Assembly: GCA_013151235.1 (NCBI GenBank)
Contig: JAADIO010000035.1
Span: 1 to 64,000, forward strand
Source of the DNA: Deltaproteobacteria bacterium
GTDB taxonomy: Bacteria > CG2-30-53-67
Reading direction: 5' to 3'
Length of the DNA: 64,000 nt
The first letter of the stretch is position 1. Each line of letters opens with the position of its first letter. Position numbers and translations under genes: made by a program. The notes under the pieces were generated by a model. It was not told the DNA's origin. It saw nothing but the letters and a program-made list of their open reading frames with translations, and ran no database searches. Of this stretch, positions 1-10,011 are shown one piece after another.

Positions 1-440
1 AAGAGATAACGACTGCCGATATAATGGGATATTCCCATCCGTTTCTGAAAAAGCTTCCACACCTCCTCCAACTCTCCCCGACGATAGGGAACAACGCCGA
101 GATAGTCTTCGATCATTCGATTGACGTTGAAAAAGAGCCATCCTTTCCGGCCTATAACGACCTTTTTTATCGGCGAGGTATGCAGTAGGAAAACTTTGTA
201 TAGGCTGTGGAGTTTGATGAGTGGGGTGCGGAAGCCGAAATGGTCGTTAAAGTAGGTTTCGAAAGATGACGGAAAGGACTGGACCGACTTCAAATCAGTG
301 GGGAAGGAAGGTAAAGAAGCAAGTCTGCGTTTTTCTCCCATGCTCACCGTTTCACGATGTCCTGAGATCATTCCAGCCATAGGAAGGAGGAGCAGAATGC
401 AGAATATCAGGACAGTCACTCTTTGGTATAAAAGGGCCAT
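1..440 (-). CDS. AlgJ/AlgX-like (SGNH) polysaccharide O-acetyltransferase, 5' part; runs off the window edge
   Basis: Manual translation from ATG 440: MALLYQRVTVLIFCILLLLP...EKRRLASLP...FETYFNDHFGFR...KVVIGRKGWLFF. N-terminal TM plus motifs typical of AlgJ-like proteins; directly downstream of the MBOAT gene. Confidence 0.75.
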   Translation of the reverse strand, partial: MALLYQRVTVLIFCILLLLPMAGMISGHRETVSMGEKRRLASLPSFPTDLKSVQSFPSSFETYFNDHFGFRTPLIKLHSLYKVFLLHTSPIKKVVIGRKGWLFFNVNRMIEDYLGVVPYRRGELEEVWKLFQKRMGISHYIGSRYL

Positions 441-445
441 GGGGG

Positions 446-1882
446 TCAGAACCTGAAATAGATAAATGGGTTATAGGCATTAACTGAAAGATCGAGCAGA
501 GCGATCAGAAATATTGTGCCGTGGCCTGCGATCATGGCCAGCCTCCACATACCTTCGGGTCCGGGCAGATTGCCTTTCTCTCCCCGCCAGAGGGCGGCCA
601 AACCTTTTAAGGGCCATGGTACGGCAAAGAGGATCCCGGCAAGTCCCGCAAGAAAAACCTCAGGATTAAGAAGGTATGCAAGGGGTAGAGAGAGACCCGG
701 AGAATTTCTCCCTATTAGTGCAGTAAGATAATGTATTGCGGCTGCCATTGAGTCGGCCCTAAATATTACCCAACTGAATGAAAGGAACAGGAGGAGGTAG
801 AGGTGCCGCAGGGGTGCCCAAAGACGTTTTAAGATGCGGCCCAGCCCGATTCGTTCGAAAACCATAAAAACTCCGTGCAGGGCTCCCCAGATAACGAAAT
901 GCCAATCTGCTCCATGCCAGAGACCGCAAAGCAGGAAGACTGTAAAAAGGTTTGCGTAGGTCCGTATTCGGCCCTTTTTGTTTCCTCCGAGAGGAATATA
1001 GAGATAGTCCCGGAACCAGTTGGAGAGTGAGATGTGCCACCTCCGCCAGAATTCCCGTACGGAACCGGCAATGTAGGGATGGTCAAAATTTTCCAGATAA
1101 TGGAAACCGAACATCCGCCCCAGCCCAATGGCCATATCGGAGTAGCCGGAAAAGTCATAATAGATCTGCAATGCATAACCGATCACCCCCAGCCATGCCA
1201 ACGGGACTGTGAGCCGTTCCAACGGGAGAGCGAAAATCCGGTCCACCACACCGGCCATTACGTTTGCAATCAGGACCTTTTTCCCTAGTCCCTGAATAAA
1301 ACGTCCAATTCCGTAAGAAAAATCCGCCGCGGTTATCCGTCTGTCCCGGAGTTCACGGGCCACGTCATGGTATCGAATAATGGGACCGGCGATGAGCTGA
1401 GGGAAGAGTGAAATATAGAGTCCGAGATCAAGCAGACTTTCCTGTGCCGGTACGTCATTACGGTAGACATCCACCAAGTAGGAGATCCCCTGAAAGGTAA
1501 AAAAGGATATCCCGATGGGAAGATGGATCGCTGCCAAATGCGGAGGTGACAGGGAAATGCTCTGGAACAGAAGAGCGAGGGAATCAACCATGAAGTTGGC
1601 ATACTTGAAAAACCCCAGGAGGGAAAGATTGGCTGTTACCGCCAGAGCGATGGTCCAGCGTCGTGCATGAAGTGACTGGCTGCGGGAGATCAACAGGCCA
1701 AAAGCGTAATTAAGCCCGATAGAAACCAGCATGACAACTACATATAGGGTCTCCCCCCACGCGTAGAAAACCAAACTGGCAGCCAGCAGAAAAAGGTTTC
1801 TCCACCGTAGAGGAAGAAGAAGATTCCCTGCCAGCACTACTGGAAGGAAGATAAAGAGGAAAAGAAGAGAACTGAATACCAT
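446..1882 (-). CDS. MBOAT family O-acyltransferase (AlgI/DltB-like)
   Basis: MVFSSLLFLF start; LPIGISFFTFQ, FPQLIAGPI, DFSGYSDMAIG, EFWRRWHISL, GLWHGA; C-terminal NPFIYFRF. Confidence 0.92.
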   Translation of the reverse strand: MVFSSLLFLFIFLPVVLAGNLLLPLRWRNLFLLAASLVFYAWGETLYVVVMLVSIGLNYAFGLLISRSQSLHARRWTIALAVTANLSLLGFFKYANFMVDSLALLFQSISLSPPHLAAIHLPIGISFFTFQGISYLVDVYRNDVPAQESLLDLGLYISLFPQLIAGPIIRYHDVARELRDRRITAADFSYGIGRFIQGLGKKVLIANVMAGVVDRIFALPLERLTVPLAWLGVIGYALQIYYDFSGYSDMAIGLGRMFGFHYLENFDHPYIAGSVREFWRRWHISLSNWFRDYLYIPLGGNKKGRIRTYANLFTVFLLCGLWHGADWHFVIWGALHGVFMVFERIGLGRILKRLWAPLRHLYLLLFLSFSWVIFRADSMAAAIHYLTALIGRNSPGLSLPLAYLLNPEVFLAGLAGILFAVPWPLKGLAALWRGEKGNLPGPEGMWRLAMIAGHGTIFLIALLDLSVNAYNPFIYFRF

Positions 1883-1985
1883 ATTGCCTGATTTCAGAGA
1901 AAGGTGCATTCCCCGATCCCTTTGTCCTCCTTCTTATCAATTATGATGGTCTCGGGGGGGTCGCACTGGATAATCTTTTTGGTTC

Positions 1986-2873
1986 TCAACAAGATCGTGT
2001 GGGTAAGTCCGGTTTTCCTGCAACGAGATAAATAATGGTTCGATAATATTGAAAACTCTTGAAGCCATAGGCCCTTTTTAAGGCGGTTTTAATCTTGCTG
2101 TTAATACCTTCTACAATGCCGTTGGTGATCCGGGATCGCGTGTAGTTGAGCACGCCGTCCCAATGGTTTTTAAGGGTTTTGGCAAAAACAACGACCTGTT
2201 CAAGGCGACTGTGTGTTGCCCAGTAATACAATTTCTTCAAATAACGTTCAGCCACTTTCGGATATTGAAAGCTCCAAAGTCGTTGCAGCGCTAATTTGAT
2301 GTAATAGGCACGTGATGTCTTAAGGTCCAGGGATTTGAGGTAGGCGATCCGTTCTGTCTGAGCACCACTCAGGTTTCCAGGATTTTTAAGCCAAAGATAG
2401 CGAGAACGTTTCAGGAGTTCGGGTTGCTCCTTGGTTTTAGAGCAGCGAACCTCATCGATGGCGCGATTCATCATGGACATGACATGGTAATGATCGAAGG
2501 TGTTTGCAGCATTCGGCAGGTACTCATGAACCCCTGAAATGTAGGCCGGCCACATGTCGCAGCAGACTTGCTGAATCTGCTCGACGTTTCCTTTGGGGTC
2601 CTTGAAATCCTGGGCAAATTCCTGAAGAACTTCGGCATGACGATGCTCAGCTACATAAAGCACCCGGGATCTCTCCAGGTCACAAAAGGTCGTGACGTAT
2701 TTATGGCCCTTTTGTTTGGAGCATTCGTCGATTCCTGCGGCGACAACCTTGGAAAGATCCAGATCCTGGCGCGCTTGCTTCACATAATGTTCGAGAATTC
2801 GCCAGACACTGTTCGGATGTATGCAAAGTTCTCTCGACAATGGCAAAACGGGCATCTGTTCAGCTAAATGCAA
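1986..2873 (-). pseudogene. ISL3-family transposase, N-terminally deleted
   Basis: GIDE...GHKYVT, CCDMWPAY, FDHYHV, LKRSRYLWLKN, TNGIVEGINSKI, KRAYGF. The frame begins abruptly at FEALVLHLAEQMPV. Confidence 0.85.
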
Positions 2874-2929
2874 TACAAGGGCCTCAAAGATTAATTATCA
2901 TAAATGGGTTACCCACACAAAACTGTTTA

Positions 2930-4143
2930 GTCGATCGTTTCCAAATTAATATTACATCCCATCATGCAACCGAGATGGATTCAAGGCCATATTCCCAGCG
3001 GAAGACAACAGGATTTTCATTCAGCTCTTTGATCCATTGTTGAATCCGGCACTTCAACTCGTCTTTGGTTCCGACACGAATACAGCGCAGAAAAGTCTTG
3101 GCCATTTTAGCCAAGAGGCTTTCAATAATATTCAACCAGGACTCGTGCTTGGGGGTAAAGGTAAACTCAAACCGTTCCGGAACCGTGGCCCCAAGCACTG
3201 CCGGGTTTTTGGGGAGATATGGGCGGAATGGTTGTCCGGAATGATCCGGGTCGTTGTTTCTTCCGGAGAGAAATCATCCAGCATTCGCAGCCAGGTCACG
3301 AACTCACGACTGCGGTGAGGGTCGGCCACCATTTCGTGTATTTGGCCATTTAGAAGATCAATCTCCGCCGGAAGACTCACAGTTCCCAGACACTTATACT
3401 CGGAATCTCTGGAAGCCAAAGAATGTACCTCCGGAAGCGGAGGTAAACCCGAGGCAACATTAGCAATTGCTTGAATACCCGGTTCTTCATCATAGGACAG
3501 AATCGACACGGGAGGCGGACCGCTCTCTCTTTGCTGGCTCAATGCGACTCCTTCGTAGATATGCAAGATTTGAATCACCTTCCATTTCAGGATCTCGGCG
3601 TTCCAGATAATAAGTGATCTTGTGAGGTCGGACTCCGCTCTTGTGCAGGATCTTGGAGATCGTGCCCCTCCGGATTCTTGCAAGAGAGGGATGCCCGGCT
3701 CCCCGGCAATAGGTTCGTGCATGTCGAGCCAACAGTTTGTTCGTCCACAATTCAGAGGAATAACCGAATTCTTTCGGCTTCCGACAGACAAGACTGGTCA
3801 GCCAGATCCGAGCTTCCAGAGTAATCTCAGGGGGGGCCGATCTCGGCAGACCGTCCAGCGCCGTCAACGCTCCCAAAGCAAGGGCCTTATCAATACATCG
3901 CTCCAATTTTGGACGGTTGGTGGAATGTTGACGTACGATTTCCGTAATGGTCACGCCTGTTGCATATGCTAACAGCATCATGGCTCGTTGGACACGGCTG
4001 TCTTTTTCGGCGTGATTGCAACTATCCATATCTTATAATGAATCCTGTTGATTGTGCAAGGAGTTTTCCATTGCCGGGGTCGGACCACGGTACCCTATTG
4101 TTATTGATTGATTCATGCCCCAATAATCGGTGTTTTAAACGCT
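2930..4143 (-). mobile_element. IS630-family element with transposase broken across three frames (3490-4029, 3132-~3600, 2962-3198)
   Basis: HTH part (RKPKEFGYSSELWT, VRPHKITYYLERRDP) and DDE parts (SYDEEPGIQA, DNHSAHIS, FTPKHESWLNIIE); TA at both flanks (2928-2929, 4144-4145). Confidence 0.8.
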
Positions 4144-4150
4144 TAGAGCC

Positions 4151-4197
4151 GTATTTTTGCGCCCTTTCGTTTTTGAAAAATCATAATAATCTCTCAT
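4151..4197 (-). pseudogene. BrnA-like antitoxin, 5' stub cut off at the ISL3 end
   Basis: MRDYYDFSKTKGRKN; the ATG overlaps the toxin TGA (ATGA); resembles the MxxxYDFS..KNPY start of BrnA-type antitoxins. Confidence 0.6.
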
Positions 4198-4385
4198 TTT
4201 CTTCTCCTCCGGTATTCTTTTTGTTCAGTTTTTATTGCCTTCCTGGCCGATATAAGCCGCACAACTTCCTCACTGTCTCGAAAACAGTGGCAAACGATGA
4301 GAATACGTAACTTGAAACTCATCCCAAGCACGATCCCATAATGTTTATTTTCCCATACGTTAAAAGGATTCGAGCACCGGAACAA
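4194..4385 (-). pseudogene. BrnT-family toxin remnant (C-terminal half)
   Basis: VLGMSFKLRILIVCHCFRDSEEVVRLISARKA; the N-terminal FEWD/KHG region is not recognisable. Confidence 0.7.
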
Positions 4386-4422
4386 ACGCAGTCCTGCGGA
4401 AAAACAGGGGTGATATGGGCCG

Positions 4423-6822
4423 TTACATCTCTTCGACGCGCTTCTTATAAAGCAGATGATACAACGTCCGCGAATAGATTTTCATCTTCCGTTTCTCGAT
4501 GTTGGTTACGGCATACCGCCAGAAGCCATAGAGCTTGGTCTGTTTCAGCAGTTTCTCGCTGTAGTGCCGCCAGGTGTATTTTTCCTCGATCCGTTGAATG
4601 GCATTGTTGGAGATATGATTCCAGGTCAGCGGACCCTCCCCTCCCTTCTTCAGGAAATCGATCAGTTGGTCCCGCAGGAGATCGTGTCGAGTCGGGTTGA
4701 TGAGGAAGCCATTCACTCCATTCCGAATGATCTCCGAGGGTCCGCCGAACTGGGTGGCAAAGACCGGCAATCCGCAGGACATCGCCTCCAGAACGGTCAG
4801 GCCAAACGCTTCGAAGAGGGCCGGCTGAACAAAAAAACCGCTGTGATCGGCGATAACCCGGTAAATCTCCCCCGTATCCTCCTTTTTAAGCTGCATCCCG
4901 ATCCATCGGATCTTTCCCTCCAGGTGATACTCTTCGATCAATCGGTGCATCCGGAGAACCTCTTCTTTTTCTTCCGGGTCGTCGGTGGCCTCGGGGTCGA
5001 TCTTCCCGGCAATAATGATCAGGTTGGCCCGGTCCTGAATTTCGGGATACTTTCCGAAACATTCCACAAGGCCGGTAACATTTTTGATCTTGTCGAGGCG
5101 AGCCATGGTAAAAATCGGTGTCTTCCCCGGGTCGTCAAGACATCCGAAGATCTCTTCCCCTTCCCGTTCAAAGATGAAGGAAGTGAGTTCACTACAGCGT
5201 TTCTTGTCACGCCGGTCTTTTTCGGAATAGGGATAGTAGACCGATTCATCCACACCGGGCGAAATGACATTGAATTTCGGGTGGAAGAGATTGATCCCTC
5301 CCAGCACCTGGCAGAAGCCCGGCATGGTGTAGTGCTGGTAGGACTCGTACTGCCCCATGACGGAGGCCGTTCCGGCGATCTCCTGGAAGGTGCTGGTAAT
5401 AATGAAGTCGGCCATGTTCATCGACAGCAGATCGGCGGTAAACTGAAGGGAAAAATGGTACTCCGGCTCCATCTCCTCCCAGTAGAGATCGGAGAAAAGG
5501 TATTTCGATTTCTCCAGGGCATGGGCGATATTGCACTGGATCACGCCGGTCTCCTCGGAGAGCAGGGAAGCGACGAGGTTCCCGTCGGAGTAGTTCCCGA
5601 TGATCAGGTCAGGGTGCCTCCCCAGCTCGACCTTCAATTCATCGAGGGCCTCGTAGGCGAACTGTTCCAGGTAGGGCCAGACCCAGAAACGGGAGATCCA
5701 GTAGGGGATGACATTTTTCTCCCGGTCACGGAAGGGAACCCGGAGAATCCAGCAGTTCCGGGTGTTTTTGATCTTCTCCAGCCGCTCGTGGCAGGTGGTA
5801 TTTTCACTCTCCGGGATGAGCCGGGTCACCACCATGATCTTCGGTTCAAAGTCGAGGCCGGAAAGGAGAAGGTTCTCCGCAAGGGCGGTCTCCAGGGCAT
5901 GAACCTGATCAAGGATGTAGACCACCTGCCCCCCCGTGTCGGGTTTGCCCAGGACATTTTCCTGCCCGAAAAAACCATGGGGGGAGATGATAGCGACTCG
6001 GGAGACCATGGGAATCCGGGAGATAAAACTCTCCAGCGCCAGACTGTCCGGCGCCTCAAAGAGATCCAGGAGAAGCTGCATCGATTCGAGGACCCGTTCC
6101 GGGGAATTGCCCCACCCCGGCTCAAAACCGAAGATCTGCAGTTTCTGCGTGACCTCGGCAAAGGAGAGCGCCCCATCCACCTCTTCCAGCCATGCCACGG
6201 CCCGGTCGAGCATATCGAGCAGTTGGTCCTCGTTCCGGATTTTCTCCCCGTTGACCAGGAGCTGTTTTCCCCCCAGGCAATGAATCTTCAAAAACTCAAA
6301 GAGTTTCCGGTGCCACGTATCCGGGTTCTGGAAGAGACTGCTCGACATGTGGCGATTCAGAAATTCGATCCCCTTGCCGACATTGCGTGGGTCCCGGATC
6401 AGGGGAGAATAGTCGTAAAAGGGGGTGAAGTCGATCTTCAGTTTCATGGGAGTGGCACCGTTTTCCTCCCGGATACAACTGTCCCGTAAATCGAGGAGTT
6501 CTCCGACGGAAATCTGCTCGGGTTCCCCGAACTCCGTGTCGGTATGGGAAAACTTATAGATTCGGTCCTTGCCCATCTGGTAGCGGTGGATAAGGACGGC
6601 AAATCCGTCAAAAAGGATCATCTCGGGGACCTTGCCTAAGAAGGAATCCAGGGACGACAAGTCCCGCAACGCTTTTCCCTTTCCCCGAAAATCCTCCCAG
6701 GCCAGAAGAAGGTCATTCCTCAGGAGGTACCGTTTTTCTCCCCGGAAGAGTTGATGGAGAAAGGCATGAAAATCCCGGACGGATTCCTCCGGAACCAGAT
6801 CAATCCATTGAGTTTTTCTCAT
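4423..6822 (-). CDS. susA: Sucrose synthase (GT4)
   Basis: 799 aa; SPHGFFGQENVLGKPDTGGQVVYILDQV, IIGNYSDGNLVA, AHALEKSKY, MARLDKIKN, QPALFEAFGLTVLEAM. Confidence 0.95.
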   Translation of the reverse strand: MRKTQWIDLVPEESVRDFHAFLHQLFRGEKRYLLRNDLLLAWEDFRGKGKALRDLSSLDSFLGKVPEMILFDGFAVLIHRYQMGKDRIYKFSHTDTEFGEPEQISVGELLDLRDSCIREENGATPMKLKIDFTPFYDYSPLIRDPRNVGKGIEFLNRHMSSSLFQNPDTWHRKLFEFLKIHCLGGKQLLVNGEKIRNEDQLLDMLDRAVAWLEEVDGALSFAEVTQKLQIFGFEPGWGNSPERVLESMQLLLDLFEAPDSLALESFISRIPMVSRVAIISPHGFFGQENVLGKPDTGGQVVYILDQVHALETALAENLLLSGLDFEPKIMVVTRLIPESENTTCHERLEKIKNTRNCWILRVPFRDREKNVIPYWISRFWVWPYLEQFAYEALDELKVELGRHPDLIIGNYSDGNLVASLLSEETGVIQCNIAHALEKSKYLFSDLYWEEMEPEYHFSLQFTADLLSMNMADFIITSTFQEIAGTASVMGQYESYQHYTMPGFCQVLGGINLFHPKFNVISPGVDESVYYPYSEKDRRDKKRCSELTSFIFEREGEEIFGCLDDPGKTPIFTMARLDKIKNVTGLVECFGKYPEIQDRANLIIIAGKIDPEATDDPEEKEEVLRMHRLIEEYHLEGKIRWIGMQLKKEDTGEIYRVIADHSGFFVQPALFEAFGLTVLEAMSCGLPVFATQFGGPSEIIRNGVNGFLINPTRHDLLRDQLIDFLKKGGEGPLTWNHISNNAIQRIEEKYTWRHYSEKLLKQTKLYGFWRYAVTNIEKRKMKIYSRTLYHLLYKKRVEEM

Positions 6823-9011
6823 CCCTGCATCTCCAGAAAACGGTAATTTTCAATCCCCTCGAGGATTCCCGCCGTAAAGCCGTCCCGGGAGAAATAGATA
6901 TTCCGGCTCCCCTTGAGGTGGTCCAGTTCATCACTGTGGTTCCCCACAACAATGGCCGGCATCTCCCCCCGCAACATCTCTTCATCATTGCCCGAGTCTC
7001 CGCAGACGAGAATATTCTTCAGGGGGGTATTCCATTTGTAGGCAAGATAACGGATCGCCTTCCCTTTCGAGGCACGGTAAGGCAGAATGTCGATAAACTG
7101 CCTATGGGAAAAGATCAGGTTGTAACGACACTTGTTTTCCACCAGCAGGGCATGGATCCGGGCCAGGGTATCGGACATATTCAGATGAGTTCCGTCGATG
7201 TAGTAACTCAGCTTGAACTGCCGCTGGGTCTCCCCTTCCTGAATCTCCAGGAAGTCGAACTCCGTTAAGAGCTGCTTGATCTTTTCCCGGTTCCAGCGAG
7301 CAGAGATGTGGCTCTCCCACCCCTTGTCGGGGACCAGGTCTGGACCATAGTAGATCTCCGCGCCGACGGAAGAGATGATCAGATCGGGTACGGGAACATC
7401 ATTCTCCTGCAGTACCTCCATGGCGGAATCAATGGTCCGGCCCGTGGCAATTCCGAAACCGACGCTTTCGTTATTCTTGTTCAGCCGTTCCAGGAGGACT
7501 TCCAGTGCCTCTTCGTTCCCGATGAGGGTATTATCAATATCGGAAATAATAAACTTGTTGACCCGGCTCATACGCCGTCCGAAAGCATCCGCCCCGGCCG
7601 GCTCGATCTTTTTTTCCTCTTCGCCGCCGCAGAGCGGGAGTACACCCTTCGTCAGATAGGTCTTGCAATGGGCATCCCAGGCATAATGCTTCCGGACGTT
7701 GTTGATCCCGTTCGTGGAGAATTTCTGCCACAGGTCGGGGTTGACGAGGATCTTCTTGATGGCCCGGGCAATCTCCTTGCCGTTCGTTACATCCACGAGG
7801 ATCCCGTTCCGGCAGTTTTTGATAATATCCCGGGGACCCCCGTCATCAGTCGCCACGATCGGAAGTCCGCAGGAGGCCGCCTCAAGGAGGGTCAAACCGA
7901 AGGGTTCCGTCAGTGCCGTATTGATAAAGATCCCCTTCTTGCCGGCGGCAATCCGGTAGAGTTCAGGAACCTCGTATTCGAAATCATGTTTCTTCGGAAT
8001 GGCCAGTTTGCCGTACAGATCGTACTTGTCCATGAGCAGAAGAATCTCCGTCAGGACCTCCCGTTCGTTCTCCTCCATCTTCGAAATATCCTTCCGGATC
8101 CCCGCAAAAACGGCTAGGTTCGCAAGGGCCTGCAACTCCTTGTTCATGCCGTAGGCGGAGATCAATCCGTCGATATTCTTCCGTTTTTCCGGACGGCTCA
8201 GGGCAAGAATCAGCGGTTTTTCAGGTTGAAGGAAGAAACGCTCCAGGTTCGACGAGATCGATACGATCGCCTGCTTATGGACTTCATCGACCTTCTCGTC
8301 GGAGAAAATATCGTCATAATAGGGATGGAATTTCGTCAGGTCGATCCCCGGCGGAATCACGCGATACCGGGGCAGTTCATGGTTTTCATAGAGGTCGTAC
8401 TGTACCTCCACCTCCTGGTGGGTCGAAGTGACCACAAGGTCAACATGTTTCAGGATCTCCTCTTCCACTGCGATCCGGTGATCGATCCGGAAACGCTTGT
8501 TGACGGTATCTTCACTCATTCCGCCCGCAAGAAGCCTTTCCTTCTTCGACCGGCCGAGGGAGTGGCCGGTGAAGACAAAGGGGAGCCCGAGAATGTGTGC
8601 AAGATCCATGGCGATCTTGCCCGCATCGGCGTAATGGCCGTGAATAATGTCGGGGAGCGCCCCTTCGCTCTTCAGGAAGCGTAGGGTCTTGTCCACATAT
8701 TCATCGAGGAAGGGCCAGAGAAGCTCTTTGCGGATGTACCGGGTCCCACCGCACTGGATGCGGACGATTCGTACATTCTCCGCCAACGGCTCGATGGGGC
8801 GGCTGTAATCGGGAGAGACACGCTTGTCCCGGATCAGGCGTGTAAATAGATCGACCTGCCGCACCCCCGGATGCTTTCCCAGCGCCCGGGCCAGTTCCAG
8901 GACATACTTGATCTGCCCCCCGGTATCGGCATCGCGGCCCATCTCCAGATTGTGTTCCCGAATCAGGCCATGCAGGCTGATCATCAGGATATGCTTCCCA
9001 TGCCGGCTCAT
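6819..9011 (-). CDS. sps: Sucrose-phosphate synthase with C-terminal HAD sucrose-phosphatase domain
   Basis: GRDADTGGQIKYVLELA, HGHYADAG, TGHSLG, EPFGLTLLEA; HAD motifs SDIDNTL, ATGR, SKG, GDSGND. Confidence 0.95.
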   Translation of the reverse strand: MSRHGKHILMISLHGLIREHNLEMGRDADTGGQIKYVLELARALGKHPGVRQVDLFTRLIRDKRVSPDYSRPIEPLAENVRIVRIQCGGTRYIRKELLWPFLDEYVDKTLRFLKSEGALPDIIHGHYADAGKIAMDLAHILGLPFVFTGHSLGRSKKERLLAGGMSEDTVNKRFRIDHRIAVEEEILKHVDLVVTSTHQEVEVQYDLYENHELPRYRVIPPGIDLTKFHPYYDDIFSDEKVDEVHKQAIVSISSNLERFFLQPEKPLILALSRPEKRKNIDGLISAYGMNKELQALANLAVFAGIRKDISKMEENEREVLTEILLLMDKYDLYGKLAIPKKHDFEYEVPELYRIAAGKKGIFINTALTEPFGLTLLEAASCGLPIVATDDGGPRDIIKNCRNGILVDVTNGKEIARAIKKILVNPDLWQKFSTNGINNVRKHYAWDAHCKTYLTKGVLPLCGGEEEKKIEPAGADAFGRRMSRVNKFIISDIDNTLIGNEEALEVLLERLNKNNESVGFGIATGRTIDSAMEVLQENDVPVPDLIISSVGAEIYYGPDLVPDKGWESHISARWNREKIKQLLTEFDFLEIQEGETQRQFKLSYYIDGTHLNMSDTLARIHALLVENKCRYNLIFSHRQFIDILPYRASKGKAIRYLAYKWNTPLKNILVCGDSGNDEEMLRGEMPAIVVGNHSDELDHLKGSRNIYFSRDGFTAGILEGIENYRFLEMQG

Positions 9012-9907
9012 CGTTTATCCGCCTCCTTCCATGTGAGATAGGGTCGATAAAATGCACCGTTATCCGGGACGGCGCCCGGCAGTCCGCAGACCGCGCCGGC
9101 GAACTCGGCGGCCCGATCGAGAATAAGCTCCGGCGCCCAGCCTCGCAGGATCCCCATCGCCAGGATCGCGGTATAGGCATCCCCCGCCCCCACGGTATCA
9201 ACCATGACCGGGACCCGCGCCGATCCCGTCCGAAAAGATTCGTCCCCATGATAGAGAGCGCTCCCCTTGGCCCCCCGGGTCAGGCAGACCCATTCCAGAC
9301 GGTAGCGTTCCATCATCTCTTTCACAAACAGATCGTCGTTTTCCTCCCCACCCAGCAGTCCACGACAGATCTTCAGTTCCTCATCGTTCAGTTTCACAAC
9401 ATGACAGGCTGCAAGAGAACGTTCAATCACTTCCCGGGAAAAGGTGTTCTTCCTCAGATTCATGTCGTACAAAAGAAGGGCGGAGCCGACCCGGTCCAAA
9501 ATGGCATGAAGCGTACTCCGGGAATGCGGATGCCGCTGCGCAAGGGTCCCGAAATAGATCAAAGCCGGTCCCTCGTCGAGGACACGGAGCAGCCTGTCCC
9601 CGGCCTCGATATGATCGTAGGCCACATCCTCCACGATGGTGAAATCAGGCACCCCCGCCGGATCCACCCTGACCCGTACCGTACCGCTCGGGTGGCGGGG
9701 ATCCCTCTGGAGCAGATCGGAAGTGATATGATTCCGCAGGAAAAACGCTTCGACGGCCCGTCCCCGCTCATCGTCACCAACCCGGCTCACCAGGCGGCTG
9801 TCGAAGCCGAAGGAATGGAGGTGAAAGACGAAATTGAAAGGCGCCCCTCCCAGCCGCTCGTACGCGGGGAAAATATCATAGAGGATCTCTCCGAAACTGA
9901 GAATCAT
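9008..9907 (-). CDS. PfkB-family carbohydrate kinase (probable fructokinase)
   Basis: FGEILYD, GGAPFN, DTVGAGDAY; ATGA-coupled to sps. Confidence 0.9.
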   Translation of the reverse strand: MILSFGEILYDIFPAYERLGGAPFNFVFHLHSFGFDSRLVSRVGDDERGRAVEAFFLRNHITSDLLQRDPRHPSGTVRVRVDPAGVPDFTIVEDVAYDHIEAGDRLLRVLDEGPALIYFGTLAQRHPHSRSTLHAILDRVGSALLLYDMNLRKNTFSREVIERSLAACHVVKLNDEELKICRGLLGGEENDDLFVKEMMERYRLEWVCLTRGAKGSALYHGDESFRTGSARVPVMVDTVGAGDAYTAILAMGILRGWAPELILDRAAEFAGAVCGLPGAVPDNGAFYRPYLTWKEADKR

Positions 9908-9957
9908 ATTTCATACCGGGATCTGAATGGATTGGAAACGTATTGAAAATAAAAAGG

Positions 9958-9987
9958 ATTATAGCACAGAAAGAAGGAAAAAGACAA
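9958..9987 (-). promoter_or_regulatory. Putative sigma70 promoter of the sucrose operon
   Basis: TTGTCT-18 nt-TATAAT with extended -10 (TGcTATAAT). Confidence 0.55.
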
Positions 9988-10011
9988 ATGGATAAGAACA
10001 TTTTATTGGCT

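Larger units (their letters stand above)
1981..4150 (-). mobile_element. Decayed ISL3-family element whose left inverted repeat is split by an IS630 insertion
   Basis: IR at 1981-2006 is GGTTCTCAACAAGATCGTGTGGGTAA. Joining 2909-2929 to 4146-4150 rebuilds GGCTCTAAACAGTTTTGTGTGGGTAA on the minus strand (20/26 match, same length). Confidence 0.7.

Noticed and set aside
2962-4029. Programmed frameshift producing an active IS630 transposase
   Set aside because: Two frame breaks and a short N-terminus indicate decay
4456-6489. 677-aa plus-strand ORF
   Set aside because: Antisense shadow of sucrose synthase; no recognisable motifs; expected from GC-rich codon bias
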